Part shown: positions 1 through 42,418 of the stretch, piece by piece
Layout of the letters: each line of letters opens with the position of its first letter
How positions within the stretch are numbered: the first letter of the stretch is position 1
Assembly: GCA_012295275.1 (NCBI GenBank)
Contig: CM022669.1
Coordinates: 14,012,001-14,076,000 of the forward strand
Length of the DNA: 64,000 nt
Source of the DNA: Chrysomallon squamiferum
Lineage: Eukaryota; Animalia; Mollusca
Direction: 5' to 3'
Translations under genes and position numbers: made by a program
Notes under the pieces: model-generated
The model's input: the letters and a program-made list of their open reading frames with translations, nothing else
What the model was told of the DNA's origin: nothing
Database searches by the model: none

Positions 1-44
1 ACATATAATTTTAATTTTAATTTATATTTTAATTTATATATATC

Positions 45-690
45 TAGTATTGTTGTAACTAATAGTAGAAATAATAGCAGTAGTAAAAGTAGCTGTTGTA
101 TAACTAATACTGTAGAAGTTGTAGTAGTGGTGTTGTTGTTTTTTGTAAAACAGTAACATGGTGGTAGAAATTCTAAAGTAGTCTTGTTAGTAACATCAGT
201 AGCCGTAGCATTAGCAGTAGTAGTAGTAGTACTAACAACAGTTGTAGAAGTAGTAATAGTAATAGCAGAAGCAGTAATAGTAGCAGTTTTTGTTCTACAA
301 TAGAAGTAGTAGTAGTAGCAATAATAGTAGTAATAGTAGAAGTAGTAGTAATAGTTGTAGGAGTGATGCTAGTAGTAGTTGTAGTAGCAGCAGTAATAGC
401 AGTAGTAGTAGTAGTAGAAAAAGTAAAGTAGTAGCTTTAAAAATAGTAGTAGAAGTAGTAATAGTAGTAATAGTTGTTATATAGTAGCAGTAGTAGCAAT
501 AATAGTAGTAATATTAGAAGTAGTAACAGTAGTAGTTGAAGTAATGCTAGTTGTAATAATAGTAGTAGTAGTAGTCGTAGTAGCATTATAAATAGTAGTA
601 ATAGCAATAGTAGTAGAATAGTAATTGTAACCGAAGAAGTTATTGTTGTTGTTGTTCAATAACAGTAACATGATAGCAGTACTAGCACAG
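45..690. repeat. Degenerate (TAG/TAA/CAG)n trinucleotide tract
   Basis: Visible AGT/AGC/AAT runs; source of the spurious poly-S/T ORFs. Confidence 0.9.
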
Positions 691-742
691 ATGTCGTATT
701 GATGTCAGTGATGTTTGTGTTTATGTTATGTTTTATTTTTAG

Positions 743-14107
<13,365 letters not shown>

Positions 14108-14696
14108 ACGTCTAGGAATAATAATTTATATAAATAATAATAAAAAATAAAAAAATCAAGGGAATTATAATTTAACATTCGTAATTTAAAGGTGATAAAA
14201 CCATAAATTACTATAATGAAAAAAACATTAATAATAATAAAAAAAAAAAATAAAATAAAAAGCAACAACAATAAATGATAAAAAATAATAAATAAATAAA
14301 TAAATAAATAAAATTGTTCTATAATTTGGTGCTTCTTTTACTGAAATAATTACATCTTTCACTTGAATTACAGTTCTTTGTTTTATTTGCCAGTGAACCG
14401 CTCAGCATATCATGTATTTCACACAAAGTGATCAGTTTACAACAATTAAATTTAAATCAGTTTGTTTTTAAATTTTGACTATCAGAATTTAGACACGGGT
14501 TTTAATCTATTAAAAGTATATTGCAGTTTATATCTAACTTTAACGTTTCGTTATGGCGTAAGTGAATTGTACTAATGTTTAACAGTTCGTACAACAACAA
14601 CAACAGCAACAGCAACAACAGCAACAACAATAACACCAATAACGGCAATAACAACAATAATAAAGTAATTGAAAATCAGAATTATTATTGTCATCA

Positions 14697-14769
<73 letters not shown>

Positions 14770-14808
14770 TTCTGAATTATATTTGTCGTTCTGGAATTAT
14801 TCTCTGTC

Positions 14809-14961
<153 letters not shown>

Positions 14962-15201
14962 TCTGTACTGTACTGTAATAGTTATAACTTATTACTACGA
15001 TTCTGAAAAGATCTCATTTAATTAGAACGTTATTTTATTTGATGTTTTTATCTCATTTTTAAAGTAACAGGTTTCAGGGTATCATGAAAACCAAAATCAT
15101 TAAAAAATATAAATTTTGTAGCACTTTTGTTGTGTTTTTCTTTTCTTTTTTTGGTGAAAGTTCATTTTATTTCTCTCTCCTTGCTTTTTTTTATATTTAT
15201 T

Positions 15202-15235
<34 letters not shown>

Positions 15236-16270
15236 GCAACGGTAGACTAAAATTTATTATTTCTTCAAAATGAATTTATTTATTTAGAGAGACCCACTAT
15301 AAACCAAATTACAAAAAGGTCAGGAGTTAGAATAAGGGTCAGGGTGGGGTTCCAGAATAGACACGAATGTTATAAAGACTTATGACTTGTACTTACAACA
15401 CTTTTTCTTACGTTAATCTGGTTCTTAGTTCAACTAACGCAAATCATTTTTGTTTTTGTTGTTTTGATGGGGGGGTTTTCGTTTTGTAGGTGTTTTTTTT
15501 TGTTGATTCTTTTGTTTCTTTCTTTTTTATTTGTTAGTCTGTTATGTTGTTGTTTTTTTGTTTTATTTAATTTTAATTTTATTATTACTTTTATTAATAT
15601 TATTTTTTTTTTTTTTTTTTTTGGTTGTTTTCTGGTTTTTATTATTTGTTTACTTATCTATTTATTTATTTATTTATTATTCTTTTTTTTTTTTTTTTTT
15701 TTTAATTTTTTTTGTTGATCTTATTTAGTTTTGGTTATGGTAAGTAATAAAAAAATAGAAACCCAAATGACCAACAAAATACACACGGAAATATACATGT
15801 TGGGAAAAATAAAAACCCCAACAACAACAACAAATAATCAAAACTATCACTATAACTGTTACAGATGATATGTGTACATATATGCACATACATAAAGAAA
15901 CTTAACACTTGTTAAATAAATAGTTGTTACATAAAACTTTATTTTATAAAAGATTATTAATTAATATATTTTGTTATAGTCTTTGTTTTAGGCAGTACGT
16001 TTTGATTAACAATTCCTGGTGGTTTGTGTGTGTGGGGGGGTATAATTTGGAATAGATATTATTATCAAAATAGATATTATTATTATTGTTGACATCAAAA
16101 AAGGCTGTGAAAATTATTTTATTAAATTGTTGGGTTCAAGAAAGGCTTTGAGTTGTTTTTGTTTCTTTTTATTGTTGTTTTATGTATTTTGCATTTTACA
16201 TACGCATATATATTAACCAGTATTCATAAAGATACATAAAATATAGAGAGAATAAAACACTGAAAGAGAT

Positions 16271-16374
<104 letters not shown>

Positions 16375-16807
16375 AACGATCCAGTCTTCGTGTTTATCAA
16401 AATAACTGATGATTAATTTTGTTAGCACTCACAATTATTTTTTACTAATAACTAAAAACTGTTCAGAAACTAATTCATGATACACAAGTACATAAAATTA
16501 CAAACAAAAACAAAAAGTGTTTAAAATGGCGATGGCAATATGGAACTTCGCCTGGACTCGTTCTTCACATCCAGATCAATGAATTACATGAAATTCAATA
16601 AACAGATCATCATTTTATTTAACAAATGTTACCACAGATATCAGTTATTATCTTGTCTTATTAACAACCTGCCTACTTAATTAAACTATTAATTAAGTCA
16701 TTTATATTCATTCATCTTAATGCATTTCTGAGAAATCTTTTCATTTTGAAAAACTGTTCCTAATTTTTCACATTTCGTTTGCAAACCAGAACGTTCTGGA
16801 TGTGATG

Positions 16808-16845
<38 letters not shown>

Positions 16846-17175
16846 ATCACTGCACCCATAATTACTTGACTGTTATCATCCACAGATATATTGTTGACCG
16901 GTCAGTTGATTTTTTTTTTTTTTTTTTAATTAGAAATATCCTCACAATTAACATTAAATTTGTGCGAAAATAATACCTAGACGTGTTACTACGTTGTTCC
17001 AACTGAAGTGTTTCATCTGGTCATCGGATCTCTGCTCTTTAACGTTCTCAGATTTCGTTTCTGTTTAACAAGTTTGAACGTTTTAGACAGAAGTGTCCGC
17101 TCCTTGAAGCTAGCCTGTGTCAGCTTGTAAGCTGCTTGGAGTGTCGTCACCAACGTAGCGGTCGATGTTAACGTG

Positions 17176-17247
17176 ATGGTGTCAGTGTCGAGTGGATTCC
17201 TCGAAGAATGCGACGAAAGGCGATTCCACCTCACGCTGAACAAAGAG
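17176..17247 (+). other. Candidate upstream first coding exon of SLC6 copy A (MVSVSSGFLEECDERRFHLTLNKE)
   Basis: Lies in a GC-richer island. ATG-initiated 24 codons end GAG|GTGTAT in phase 0, matching the phase-0 acceptors at 27023 and 30350. The donor is weak and there is no homology support. Confidence 0.3.
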
Positions 17248-17391
17248 GTGTATATTTATTACCGGACCTGGCAAGTATATAAAAATAAAGATGATCAAAT
17301 TTAGTCACTGCATACTCGCATACTGTTATAACAGTGTATAATGTAGATAATGAACAGTCGATATTGTAACGGTTCATTTAAATGTGGGAAT

Positions 17392-17528
<137 letters not shown>

Positions 17529-18151
17529 GAGACACATACATAATACAAACACGATATATACAATTTAACTTGATCTAAATTTAATTTTATATAATATACT
17601 TATTTTATTTTATTTTATTTCAATTTACTTTAGTTTAGTGTAGTTTAGTTACTTATTTTATTGCCTGAATGTCTTCAGTCATCTATCAATACTTTTAAAG
17701 TAATAAAATGAATGACAGGCCTGGTTAATCTTTTTGTTCTGGACTTTTAAACTTTTTAGACAATACATATTCAAATTACAGCGGAAATCCTTTGGTCCTT
17801 CTTTATCCATTTACCCTAAAGAGATAAATATCATCTTTACAAAAATAACTGAAAAAGTCAATAACGAACAATGAATGTATCACTACAGTAATGGTTATAC
17901 GGCGTTTCTCCTTACGTGCAATAATACAAATTATATCCAGCAGCAGATGCGCGGTTTTGGCCCGCGTAAGAAAAAGTTACAAAAGATTTGTCGTTTCATT
18001 CTAAACAGATGCACAGTATAATCTGTCACTCTGCAGCATTGTACATGATGACAAGCATCAGTGAAGATATTTATCGTATTTACTCTACACTGTAAATAAT
18101 ATATATATAGTTTTGTCGTGAAAAGGTGTGGCAGTAATTCGACTATGAACC

Positions 18152-18182
<31 letters not shown>

Positions 18183-18355
18183 TGGAAGGAATTTTTCGTA
18201 TTTAATAATAATATTACGTATATATAATTCTTAAACATAAATATGGCTAATGACAACACTCATAACATGACAGGAAAAACACTGGGGGGGAGGGTCATTA
18301 TTATGCACAGTAGGCGACTCTCTTTTCTTTTTCTTTCTTTCTTTCATTATTATGA

Positions 18356-18386
<31 letters not shown>

Positions 18387-18419
18387 TATTATTATTATTA
18401 TTATTATATTTTATTATTA

Positions 18420-18490
<71 letters not shown>

Positions 18491-21400
18491 TGCTGTTGTT
18501 GTTGTTGGCCTAGCTGAAAGGGATCCATTATAATTATTCACCTTTCGACTAAGCCTTGCTGAGTGACTCATGGAAAGGTACGCAGCCCAGTGGGATCCTG
18601 TGACAGGCCACGCTACGGGTGACTCCTGTCCTGTAGAACTACAACAATGCCGTACCTAGTTACAGAGAACGGCAGGGACCGTTTTTTTTAAAACTGCGTA
18701 ACCGTAATAATCTGTGACCTTGAACTCTACTCCTACACAGGACGGCAGGAATGTTTTGACTCAGTAACCGTAATAACGTATGACCGTGAACTTCACTCGT
18801 CTTTCATAATGATACTTTGTTGTACGCATGCGCGAATGTGATACGCAGGAGCGCATCACGAATTTGGGAGAGTTGTTGTTTTTTTTTCCTGTGTAGAGAA
18901 AGCCAAAGTAAAAGGTTGTCGAGTTTGAGCGTCTTGATTCACGAAGTTTCACGAAGTTTTTGGTGTACATTCCTTCATTGCTATATGTCAGTATTATTAA
19001 TTAAATAGTATACGACTAGGTTAAGAAAACAACAAAACTGTCATACAGCAAACAGTAAAAAAAAGTGTAAAAATATATGACGAACTACATTTTTGGACAA
19101 GTTTATTTCGCAAAGATCAGTACAAAAGGTCTTCGAAAAAAATAAATTAAAGGCTATCAAAAATAATTGTCAATCTGTCAGTATGAAATTACACATTAAT
19201 GACGTACGGGCTTAATTATCACTGCAGTTAATGTATGCAGATTGTTAAGAAGATAAAAATAACAACTGATATCTGCGGTAACATTTGTGATATAACATGA
19301 CCGCTGTGTTAAAATTACACGTAAGTTCAATGATTTGAATTTAAAGAACAGAGTCTTAAAAAGTTACTTATTTGTATTGCACATTTTAAAAACTTATTTT
19401 TTTTCTTTTTCTATTTTCTATTTTAAATTTTGTCTAATAGAAAATGTCCATAGTTTCGAACTGGCGGTGTATCACATTTTCAGCCTCACTGAAGCAAAAC
19501 CCGTCATTAGAATCCCCTTCGTTAAGCATTTTCTGTTTACACATATATCATAAGGAACAAAAATAAAAAAAACCGTCTAGTCTTCTTGTCGGCTCAGCAT
19601 GATACATAGCTCATTTATTAAGCTGGTAAAATATCTTCCAACGATACTTTTAGTATCAAAGGACAAAACAAAATTTAATTAAAGTTTCAACTTTCAAAGA
19701 TTTCTTCTTTCGCAAACCAAATGATCATCTACAGACTGAAGAATATCAGCGTGTCAAAATGTTGTTGTTGGGGGGTTTTTTTGTTTCACCTTTGACAACT
19801 GATTTATATTCCATAAAACGTCAGCTTAGTTCAACCTCTAATTGTTGTATCGAGTAGCGTTCAGTTGTCTCTGTGATGATCAAGACGATAAAAGAAAAAA
19901 AAAAAGAATTCTGATTCATGTTTCCCAAAGCAGTTATTTTAACTGGCTGATTTAACGCGATAGGAATCGTTTGATATCGTAGAGCCAGCTAGCTAACACA
20001 GGTAAAACCCTTATAGGTGTCGGGCAGAAAATTACGTACAGCACCGTACAGATATAGTTTAACCTTTGAGGCACGTTTGTGTAAGTTTGTGAATAAAGGG
20101 AATGACGGAGCTTTTTATTGCCAGCCTTCGGCGTAAACAGACACAAATCCAAAACGTTACCGGCAATAAAAATAGTTTTTAAAACTAAAAGGATGAAAAA
20201 AAAAAAAAAAAATAATAATAAACCCATAAAGGCAGAAAGTTTTCGATTTGTGGAAAAGCAATTTGCTGCTGTGTTAGTGAACGGCTGGGTTGTTTGAAGG
20301 GTGGATGGTTGGGTGGAATTTAAGGGTGGATTTAAGGGTGGATTACCCGGTGGATTAAAGAGTGGATGGATGGGCACACTGATTCGTGGATGGGTGGGTG
20401 GATGTATAAATGAATGGAACACAGATGAAACGATTGATGGACGAATGAATGAATGAACAAAGGGAATGACGGTGTGTTTGGAATGTTGGACGAATAAATG
20501 GAATATGTGGGCGAATAGGGAAGGAATAAAATGATCGGTGGGTGTTTAGTGAAAGGGCAGGTAATGGTACTGACACAAAACAAAGAGAGTAAGAGAAACC
20601 AACTGGTTTAATTAAAAGTATACACTCCAGATCAAATAAAAAAAAAGTATCACAGAACATTCAGCTGGACTGCGAGGTAGAAAAGTGACTGAAATGTTTT
20701 TTTAAACAATAATAAACTTCAGTGTGAATGTTAAAATCCCGTTACTATAATAAGACATGATATATTTTTTTTCTCTCAAATTTTGTTTAAGGCAGTCCAA
20801 TATATCCATAATGTTAATTTATTTACTTACGAAGTTTTAATTTTAACATTAACTGCGAGGTGCTAAAATGATCGAATCCAGGAGTGGTAGGATCTTACTA
20901 GAGTGAAATATGTTCAACCGAACCTTTTCTTTTTCTTTTCTTTTTTCTGACGGATATATTTTGGTTTGTAATTAAACCATTTAGCCTGAAAAAAAAAAAT
21001 AATAATAATCTCAACATTAAACGCACTCCTGAAATCCAGGATCTGCCCAAAGTATGAAAAATTGCATATGTCTGTTATTTTTTTTTATTTTTTTTATTTT
21101 AGTTATTTTTTTTTTTTTTTTACTCTTTATTACTGATGGAGTGTCATCAATACACATCCACAAACGTCACTCAACTAATCTGTAATAACAGACGCACCTT
21201 TTAATACATTCTTAACAATTGTGTTTACCAGGAATACAACTCACAACGCTCCCATTAACTGGATAAGCTCAAACATTAAGATAATATTTTTATAAGAATG
21301 TCGAAAATCGCGACCATGACCCAGAATATTTCGAAACAGTCATACCGTTAAATACGCACAGGGTAAATAGTGATCAAACATTACTGACATAATATTTTTA

Positions 21401-21524
21401 TATATTTCTTTTTTTTAAACAACTGGTAGAATTTCACAGCAATAAGTATCCGATCCAAAATGTTTACCTTTTAATAATACTGGAAATATTTTAAATATAA
21501 ATTACTTCAGTTCTTTCCTCCCCA

Positions 21525-21621
<97 letters not shown>

Positions 21622-22397
21622 CTGTGTGTTTGTGTGTGTGTCTCTCTCTACAGTCTCTTGTTCTGTCTCTCTCTTTCAATCTCCCTCTCTCTTTTTTTTT
21701 CTTTCTATCGCGCTTCTCCTTCTCATTTTATTTCTATCTTTATCTCTCTTTATCTCTTTTTCTATCTCTCTCTTTGCAGTTGTAAAAAGTAAAATTAGAA
21801 GAGGAAGCAAATAAAGGAATAAGAAAACAAACAACATCAAACACTGACAAGCGAAACAAATGAAAACGATAAATTATGAAATGTTTGCGAACTGGCCTAT
21901 CCGCGGTTCAACTGTGTGTTTTCTCTGTTGTGAATAATTTCATAATCTCAGTTTATGACACAAACAGTTTTTTTTCATTATTTTTTAAATTGTCTTCTTA
22001 TTAGAACAGGTTCTCGTTTTTTGAGAAAATGTGTAAATATATTTTTTAATCGGGTAGTGTTACTGTGTACAAAACACCTTTTGTTATATTTTCCTATGAC
22101 CCAAATAGTGTGGGGTGTGATAAAAAATAAATAAATAAATAAATAAAAGCCATGAAATATAATAAAAGGATTTTAGAGCTAACAATTCAAATGATTATAG
22201 ACTTGTTATTGAGTCCTTAAGTGTTTTTGAACTAATATAAGTAGAACAACTAACATGTAGACTTTTTAATGTATATGTCTGTCTGTCTGTCTGTTTGTCT
22301 GTCAGTCTCTATCTCTCTAGCACACACTCTCTTTCTTCTCACATTACTCCTTTTCAAATTGTCCAATATTCATTTTTTAAATTATTTTCTTAACATG

Positions 22398-22716
22398 CTT
22401 TACTGATACTGTTTAGCGCACATTTAACATTTTCCGTCCCACTAAGCTAGTACAAACGAGTGACATATGTCAGAGATGTCGCTGTCTGTATAAACACAAT
22501 CGTCATACGATGTAGCGTGTATAACAGACTTTCACAAGACGTCGTATTCAGAGCGAGTGACGTTTTTCAAAAGGATACAGTTTCTTTAAATTGTAAAAAA
22601 ACTATTATTTGCAAGATATTTGAAGCATTTCTGTTGAATAAGTACAGAGCTGCTGAAGTTACAGCTATTGTTATGCTAAAATGTCCGAGGGCCTGAATTT
22701 TTAATATCTTTTTATT
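22398..22716 (+). repeat. Left arm of ~315-bp inverted repeat (partner 27631-27944)
   Basis: CTTTACTGATACTGTTTAGCGCACATTTAACATTTTCCGTCCCACTAAGCTAGTACAAACGAG... is the reverse complement of 27944->27631, with scattered mismatches. Confidence 0.92.
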
Positions 22717-23213
22717 GCCTTTTAATTTAAAAATAAATAATAAAATAAAATAAAATAAAATAAAATAAATGAATAGCTGTATTTAGTTTCTTTCCTGTTT
22801 TAAAATGGTTAATTCCCAATCCAACCAGTGGCTTACAGTGTGTTTATCGAAGGCGATGGTTTGCACTTTCTAATGAGATTGGTAGAGTAGTACTTTTGAA
22901 TAGGCGCTGTGGATTTATAAAAACTTCGATAGCGTTATTAAAATGTGTTAAGAAATATCTCTTCATTCGTTCGTTCGTTCGTTCGTTGATTCGGTCGTTA
23001 GTTAATTTGTTTACTGGTTCTTCATTCGCTCGTTCCTACAGACTTGGTTTAATAAAAACACGTAAATGTTTTCTGCAATGTGATATTACCTTACCTGTTG
23101 ATAATTTGCGTATATCAGATTTTAAAATATCATAATTTACTTCCAGTACACATCCACCCACCCACCCCACACTCCCACACACACACGCACACACACACAC
23201 ACACACACCCACA

Positions 23214-23267
<54 letters not shown>

Positions 23268-23473
23268 ATAATAATAAAATAACGAAAATCAACAAACAAA
23301 CAAACAAAAAAACCAATAACTGCCCATTATTTGATTTTGGTCCGTGAAGTTAGCAGAAAGAAGGTAAAGTAAAATAAAACACTAAAATTTAAATAAAAAT
23401 AAAATGAAAACGAAATATGCTCTTAGAAGAAAGTTTTTAGTTTGTTTTTTCCCCCATTTAAATAACTAGAACA

Positions 23474-23571
<98 letters not shown>

Positions 23572-25603
23572 CTGAGTAGGGGTGTGTGTGAGTGAATGAG
23601 GCAAGACAGACAAAGAGAGAAATCAGTGTCTTATTCTCTTCTGAATTTTTTACAAGTTCATTCTTTCTAAAAAAAAAAAATATATATATTAATTCATCAT
23701 CTTTCTTGATGTGATCGATAACCGATTAATGAAAATCATCAACATCGTAATCATCGTGAAAACTTATCATTATATCCCTCTAACAACAACATCAACAACG
23801 ACGACGACAACAACAGCAACAACGATAAAGCTGGCACTTCTCAAAGCGATGAAGTTATAATTCACATGCGCATATAAACAAACACAACTGCGAAGATTCC
23901 ACGCGCAAATTTCAGTGTCGTGACTCAACGGAATTTACATTGCCATTAAATTATTTTATTTTTATTTTATTGTTAGTTTTTTTTTTTTATTTTTTTTTCA
24001 ACCATTTTCGAAATGTGTGCTGGTTTTTTTTTTTTTTTTTTTTTTTCTTTTTTCCGTTGTTATCTTTGGTCTTGTATTACGAGACGTAATCATGAGATCA
24101 GAAAAGGTATATTTCAGTTAGGTAATTCGCTCGTTCTTCTTTCTTATGCTTTCATATAATATCAAATAACGCTATAGAAAAAATAACACCCGACCTTCGT
24201 TTGCTTAATCAGTGGTAATCAAATACAGGACACAGTGCACAGTGCACAGAGGCAAACACTGTATGTACAGAAAATGAGGACATCACTTACAATGTACGTA
24301 CATACATATTTACTTATACCTCTTTTGTGTTGGTAAATAAATACATGTCTCGAGTCTGTTTAATAAAAACGTCAGTATTATTTTAAAAATAAACCGATAT
24401 ATATGTGTGTGTGTCAGTGTGTGTGTGTGTGTCTGTCTGTCTGTCTGTCTTTCTGTGTGTGTGTCTCTCTGTGTATGTGTGTCAGTGTGTGTATGGTTGT
24501 GTGTGTGTCAGTGTGTTTATGGTTGTGTGTGTGATTGTGTGTGTGTGTGTGTGTGTGTCTGTGTGTGTGTCTGTGTGTGTGTCTGTGTGTGTGTCTGTGT
24601 ATGTGTGTCAGTGTGTGTATGGTTGTGTGTCTGTCTGTGTGTGTGTGCGTCTGTGTGTGTTTACCGATAAACTGGCAGCCATCTTTTATTAATGTGTGCA
24701 AGAAGAATGATATAGAGGACGAACATATTGTTCTAAACAGACTGCCGTGTGCTTAGGTTGCAACAGATTATCATCATTAAGATCATTATTATAAACATCT
24801 TCATCATTAATATCAACCAATAAATGATTAAATAAAAAAATAAAAAATAAAAAATAAAATAAAATAAAATGAAAAAAATGCAGTTATATTTAAAATAACA
24901 ATGATCAGTATTGAGAACAAAAATACGATTTTATAAAAAGATGATTCAGATGGATGTGGAAAAGGGAAACAACTGCCCTGTCAAACTGGAGAAAAAGAGG
25001 CTAGAAAAAAAATGAACAAAACAAGCAGAAAAAAAAAAAAACCCAGTATCTCTTTTTTAAATCTTATGTCGTGCAGGTTCTGCTGCTTGTCTTCGATTAG
25101 AAATTTTTGCTTGTATGCTACCTATGTAAAAAAAAAAAAAAAAAAAAATCCGGGCACATCGACTCCTAACTAAAGATTCTTTCAAACGACTTAACTCCGG
25201 ATGCTGAACGTTCTTGGTTAAACCTTCGTATGAACACTGTGGGGAAATCTGTAATTACTGTTGCATGTCTGATCTGACTAATTAATGTAAATGAGTAATC
25301 TGCTAAGCTATTCCCTCTCACGGGCCCCATGCTTAAACATAGATTAACAGGTAATGTAAAGAAAACAATATGCACGCTGCTAGAACGTCACAGTCCGCTG
25401 GCAGTATAAATATGCACTTTGCGTATTAATGTCAGATAATGATCAAAAACATACCAACGTATTTGTAAAGGCCTATCTGTTTTCTTTGCAGATGTGTACA
25501 ACATATACATAAACTTTAGTACATGTGTATATGTGTATATGTCTGTATGGATGGGTGCGTATGTGCTTATGTATGCATGTATATATGTATGTGTGAGTAT
25601 GTT

Positions 25604-25635
<32 letters not shown>

Positions 25636-25647
25636 TGTATGTATGTA

Positions 25648-25694
<47 letters not shown>

Positions 25695-26206
25695 ATGTAT
25701 GTATGTATGTATGTTTATATGTATGTATGTATGTATATATGTATGTGTGAGTATGTTTATGTGTATGTATGTATGTATGTATGTATGTATGTATGTATGT
25801 ATGTATGTATGTATGTGTTTATATACTCACATGTATTCACATACATATACACACCATACACTCAGACACACAGCTATATTCATCAGACAAAATACAGTGT
25901 ATATGCTGAACAGCTGATTTAAAACACGCATGCTAGTACTTCTATTTCGGCAGTTGCATTCACTGAAGCGAATCCTGCCCAGCTTTGACCAAGACGACAT
26001 TCTTTCTTTAAACAATGACGGCATGTTCATATTATTATTATTATTACTTCTTTTTTTTTACGCCCTATGTTCAAACCGGTCTTACAGACCACCCTCCAAC
26101 AATCGGATTATTTGAAAATAATGTGATATGTAACGCCACCAAATTATCTGTGAGTTGCTGATATACTCTGAGAGAGGGAGGGAGTGAGGGAGACGGAGAG
26201 GGGAGG

Positions 26207-26286
<80 letters not shown>

Positions 26287-26470
26287 AATAAAGAGAGAGA
26301 AAAAAGAAATAAAGAGCGAGAGCGAGAGAGGTTGACAGAGACATATAGATGGAGAAAAAGATCATCAGAGATAGAAGGAGAGAAGCAAATATATAAAAGT
26401 GAAAGAAAAATAGAAATATACAGAAATAGGAATGTGGTGTTGTATGAAAGAGAGAGAAAGCGAACGAGCG

Positions 26471-26573
<103 letters not shown>

Positions 26574-27037
26574 GAGAAATGGAAATAATTTTTTATGATA
26601 CATATGAGCACTGTATCAGTTGCAGTTTAATAACATACTTTAAATATGTAGCATTTCTACGCAGTTCAGAAAACTGAATGAGGTAAAAGCTCGCTGGTGT
26701 CCGATAGCCGGTACGTTAGATATAACAAACACCCGACTGCATTTGTCTCTTCTCGTGATTCCTCAGTTTGCGCAGGTGACAAACAGAAACTGTCATACCT
26801 TTGACAGGTCGGAGTAACTTCCACTACGCCAGACGTGAACTTTTGTCACTGGTACATTGGAGAAAAAAAAAAAAAAAAAAAAAAAAAGAACTATATTTAA
26901 ATCTTCCGGAAATGTAATTACTTTTAGGTTTTCTCCAAAGGGACAATTTTTGAGCGATCGTTTTGAAATTTTCTTACCTACTTGCGTGCTGTTGTTGCTG
27001 CTGTTGCTGTTGCTGTGTTTAGCACGAAGTCTTCAAG

Positions 27038-41219
<14,182 letters not shown>

Positions 41220-41532
41220 ATAGACCATAACTGTAGAAAAAACTAAAAATCTTTTCAGTGTTCGTCCCAAAAACTGTATAGCAAATTCGACAATCTCAGC
41301 AGCGTCTGAACTTGACTATAGTGAGACAGGTGGAGTTTGCAGATTCCCTACAGAAAGTTGAGATTTGATTTAAATGTTGTTTTTTTTTAAATTAATATTT
41401 TTATATCACCTCATTTCCTAAATCATAACTGAATATTTTAATTTTTATTTTTACTGTTTTGTATTAAAATATGTTTTTAATATGCAGAGCCTATGTATTT
41501 TATTTTTACGTTTGAACGTTTTATTTTGATTA

Positions 41533-42418
41533 CAGTATTCCCTCGCTATTCGCGGGGGTTACGTTCTTTCCCCCTCCGCGAATAGCGAAAAACCGCGAAT
41601 ATTGGATGCAGTTTTAAAACGTCTATTATGAGATTATATACGGTACTAAATGCTTCCCAAACACTTTCTAAAGACACTCTTACTCATTAATACAGTAATA
41701 ATGTAGTAATATTGCATGCAGTTATGTATTTCACTAATGTAGTAATGATAATGTAAACACATTTTAATTTTGTACTGAAACAATATTTTAATCAGAAAGA
41801 AACGTAAGTACAGGAGGACAGTAACACCGCATAGCATAGTTACTCATACAGTATTACTGTACCGTAAAGTCATTTTCTATGCGTACAACATATGTATTAG
41901 AATTGACAGAAAGTGGAACAAATTTAAAGGCAAACAGACAGATAAATACAGTACGCACAGTTCAGGTAATAATAATACAATTCAGTAATAATATGCAATT
42001 AAAAACATTATTAATACACGGTCACAAAAAATATGCACTGTACATACAGTGTATGCATTTATAAAAAAATACGTACTGTATTGCAATAATAATTGAAAAA
42101 ATTTGATATTGTTTGTGCTGTCACCAATAATGAATGATAATAAAATGATGATGAAATTTGCAGTGCCATACGATGATGATGATAACACTAATGTACAGTA
42201 TGGCACAGCTTAGCTGCTGCTTTACAGCACTTTAGGTAATTATTCCTACTCTTCAGGCTTAAGTTTGACCTACAAAAACCCGGTTTACTGAGCATTTGTT
42301 TTTATGACGTTATGACGCTAGCCTGGTATACCAGCATACGATGCGATAGGGTTAAGAGCCTAACCCGCGAATATGCGAGGCCGCGAATGGGGAACCGCGA
42401 ATAGGTGAGGGTATACTG
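41533..42418. mobile_element. Non-autonomous pogo/Tigger-type (Tc1/mariner superfamily) DNA transposon/MITE, 886 bp
   Basis: TIRs CAGTATTCCCTCGCTATTCGCGG ... CCGCGAATAGGTGAGGGTATACTG; TA target-site duplication on both sides; subterminal CCGCGAAT repeats; AT-rich non-coding interior. Confidence 0.88.
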
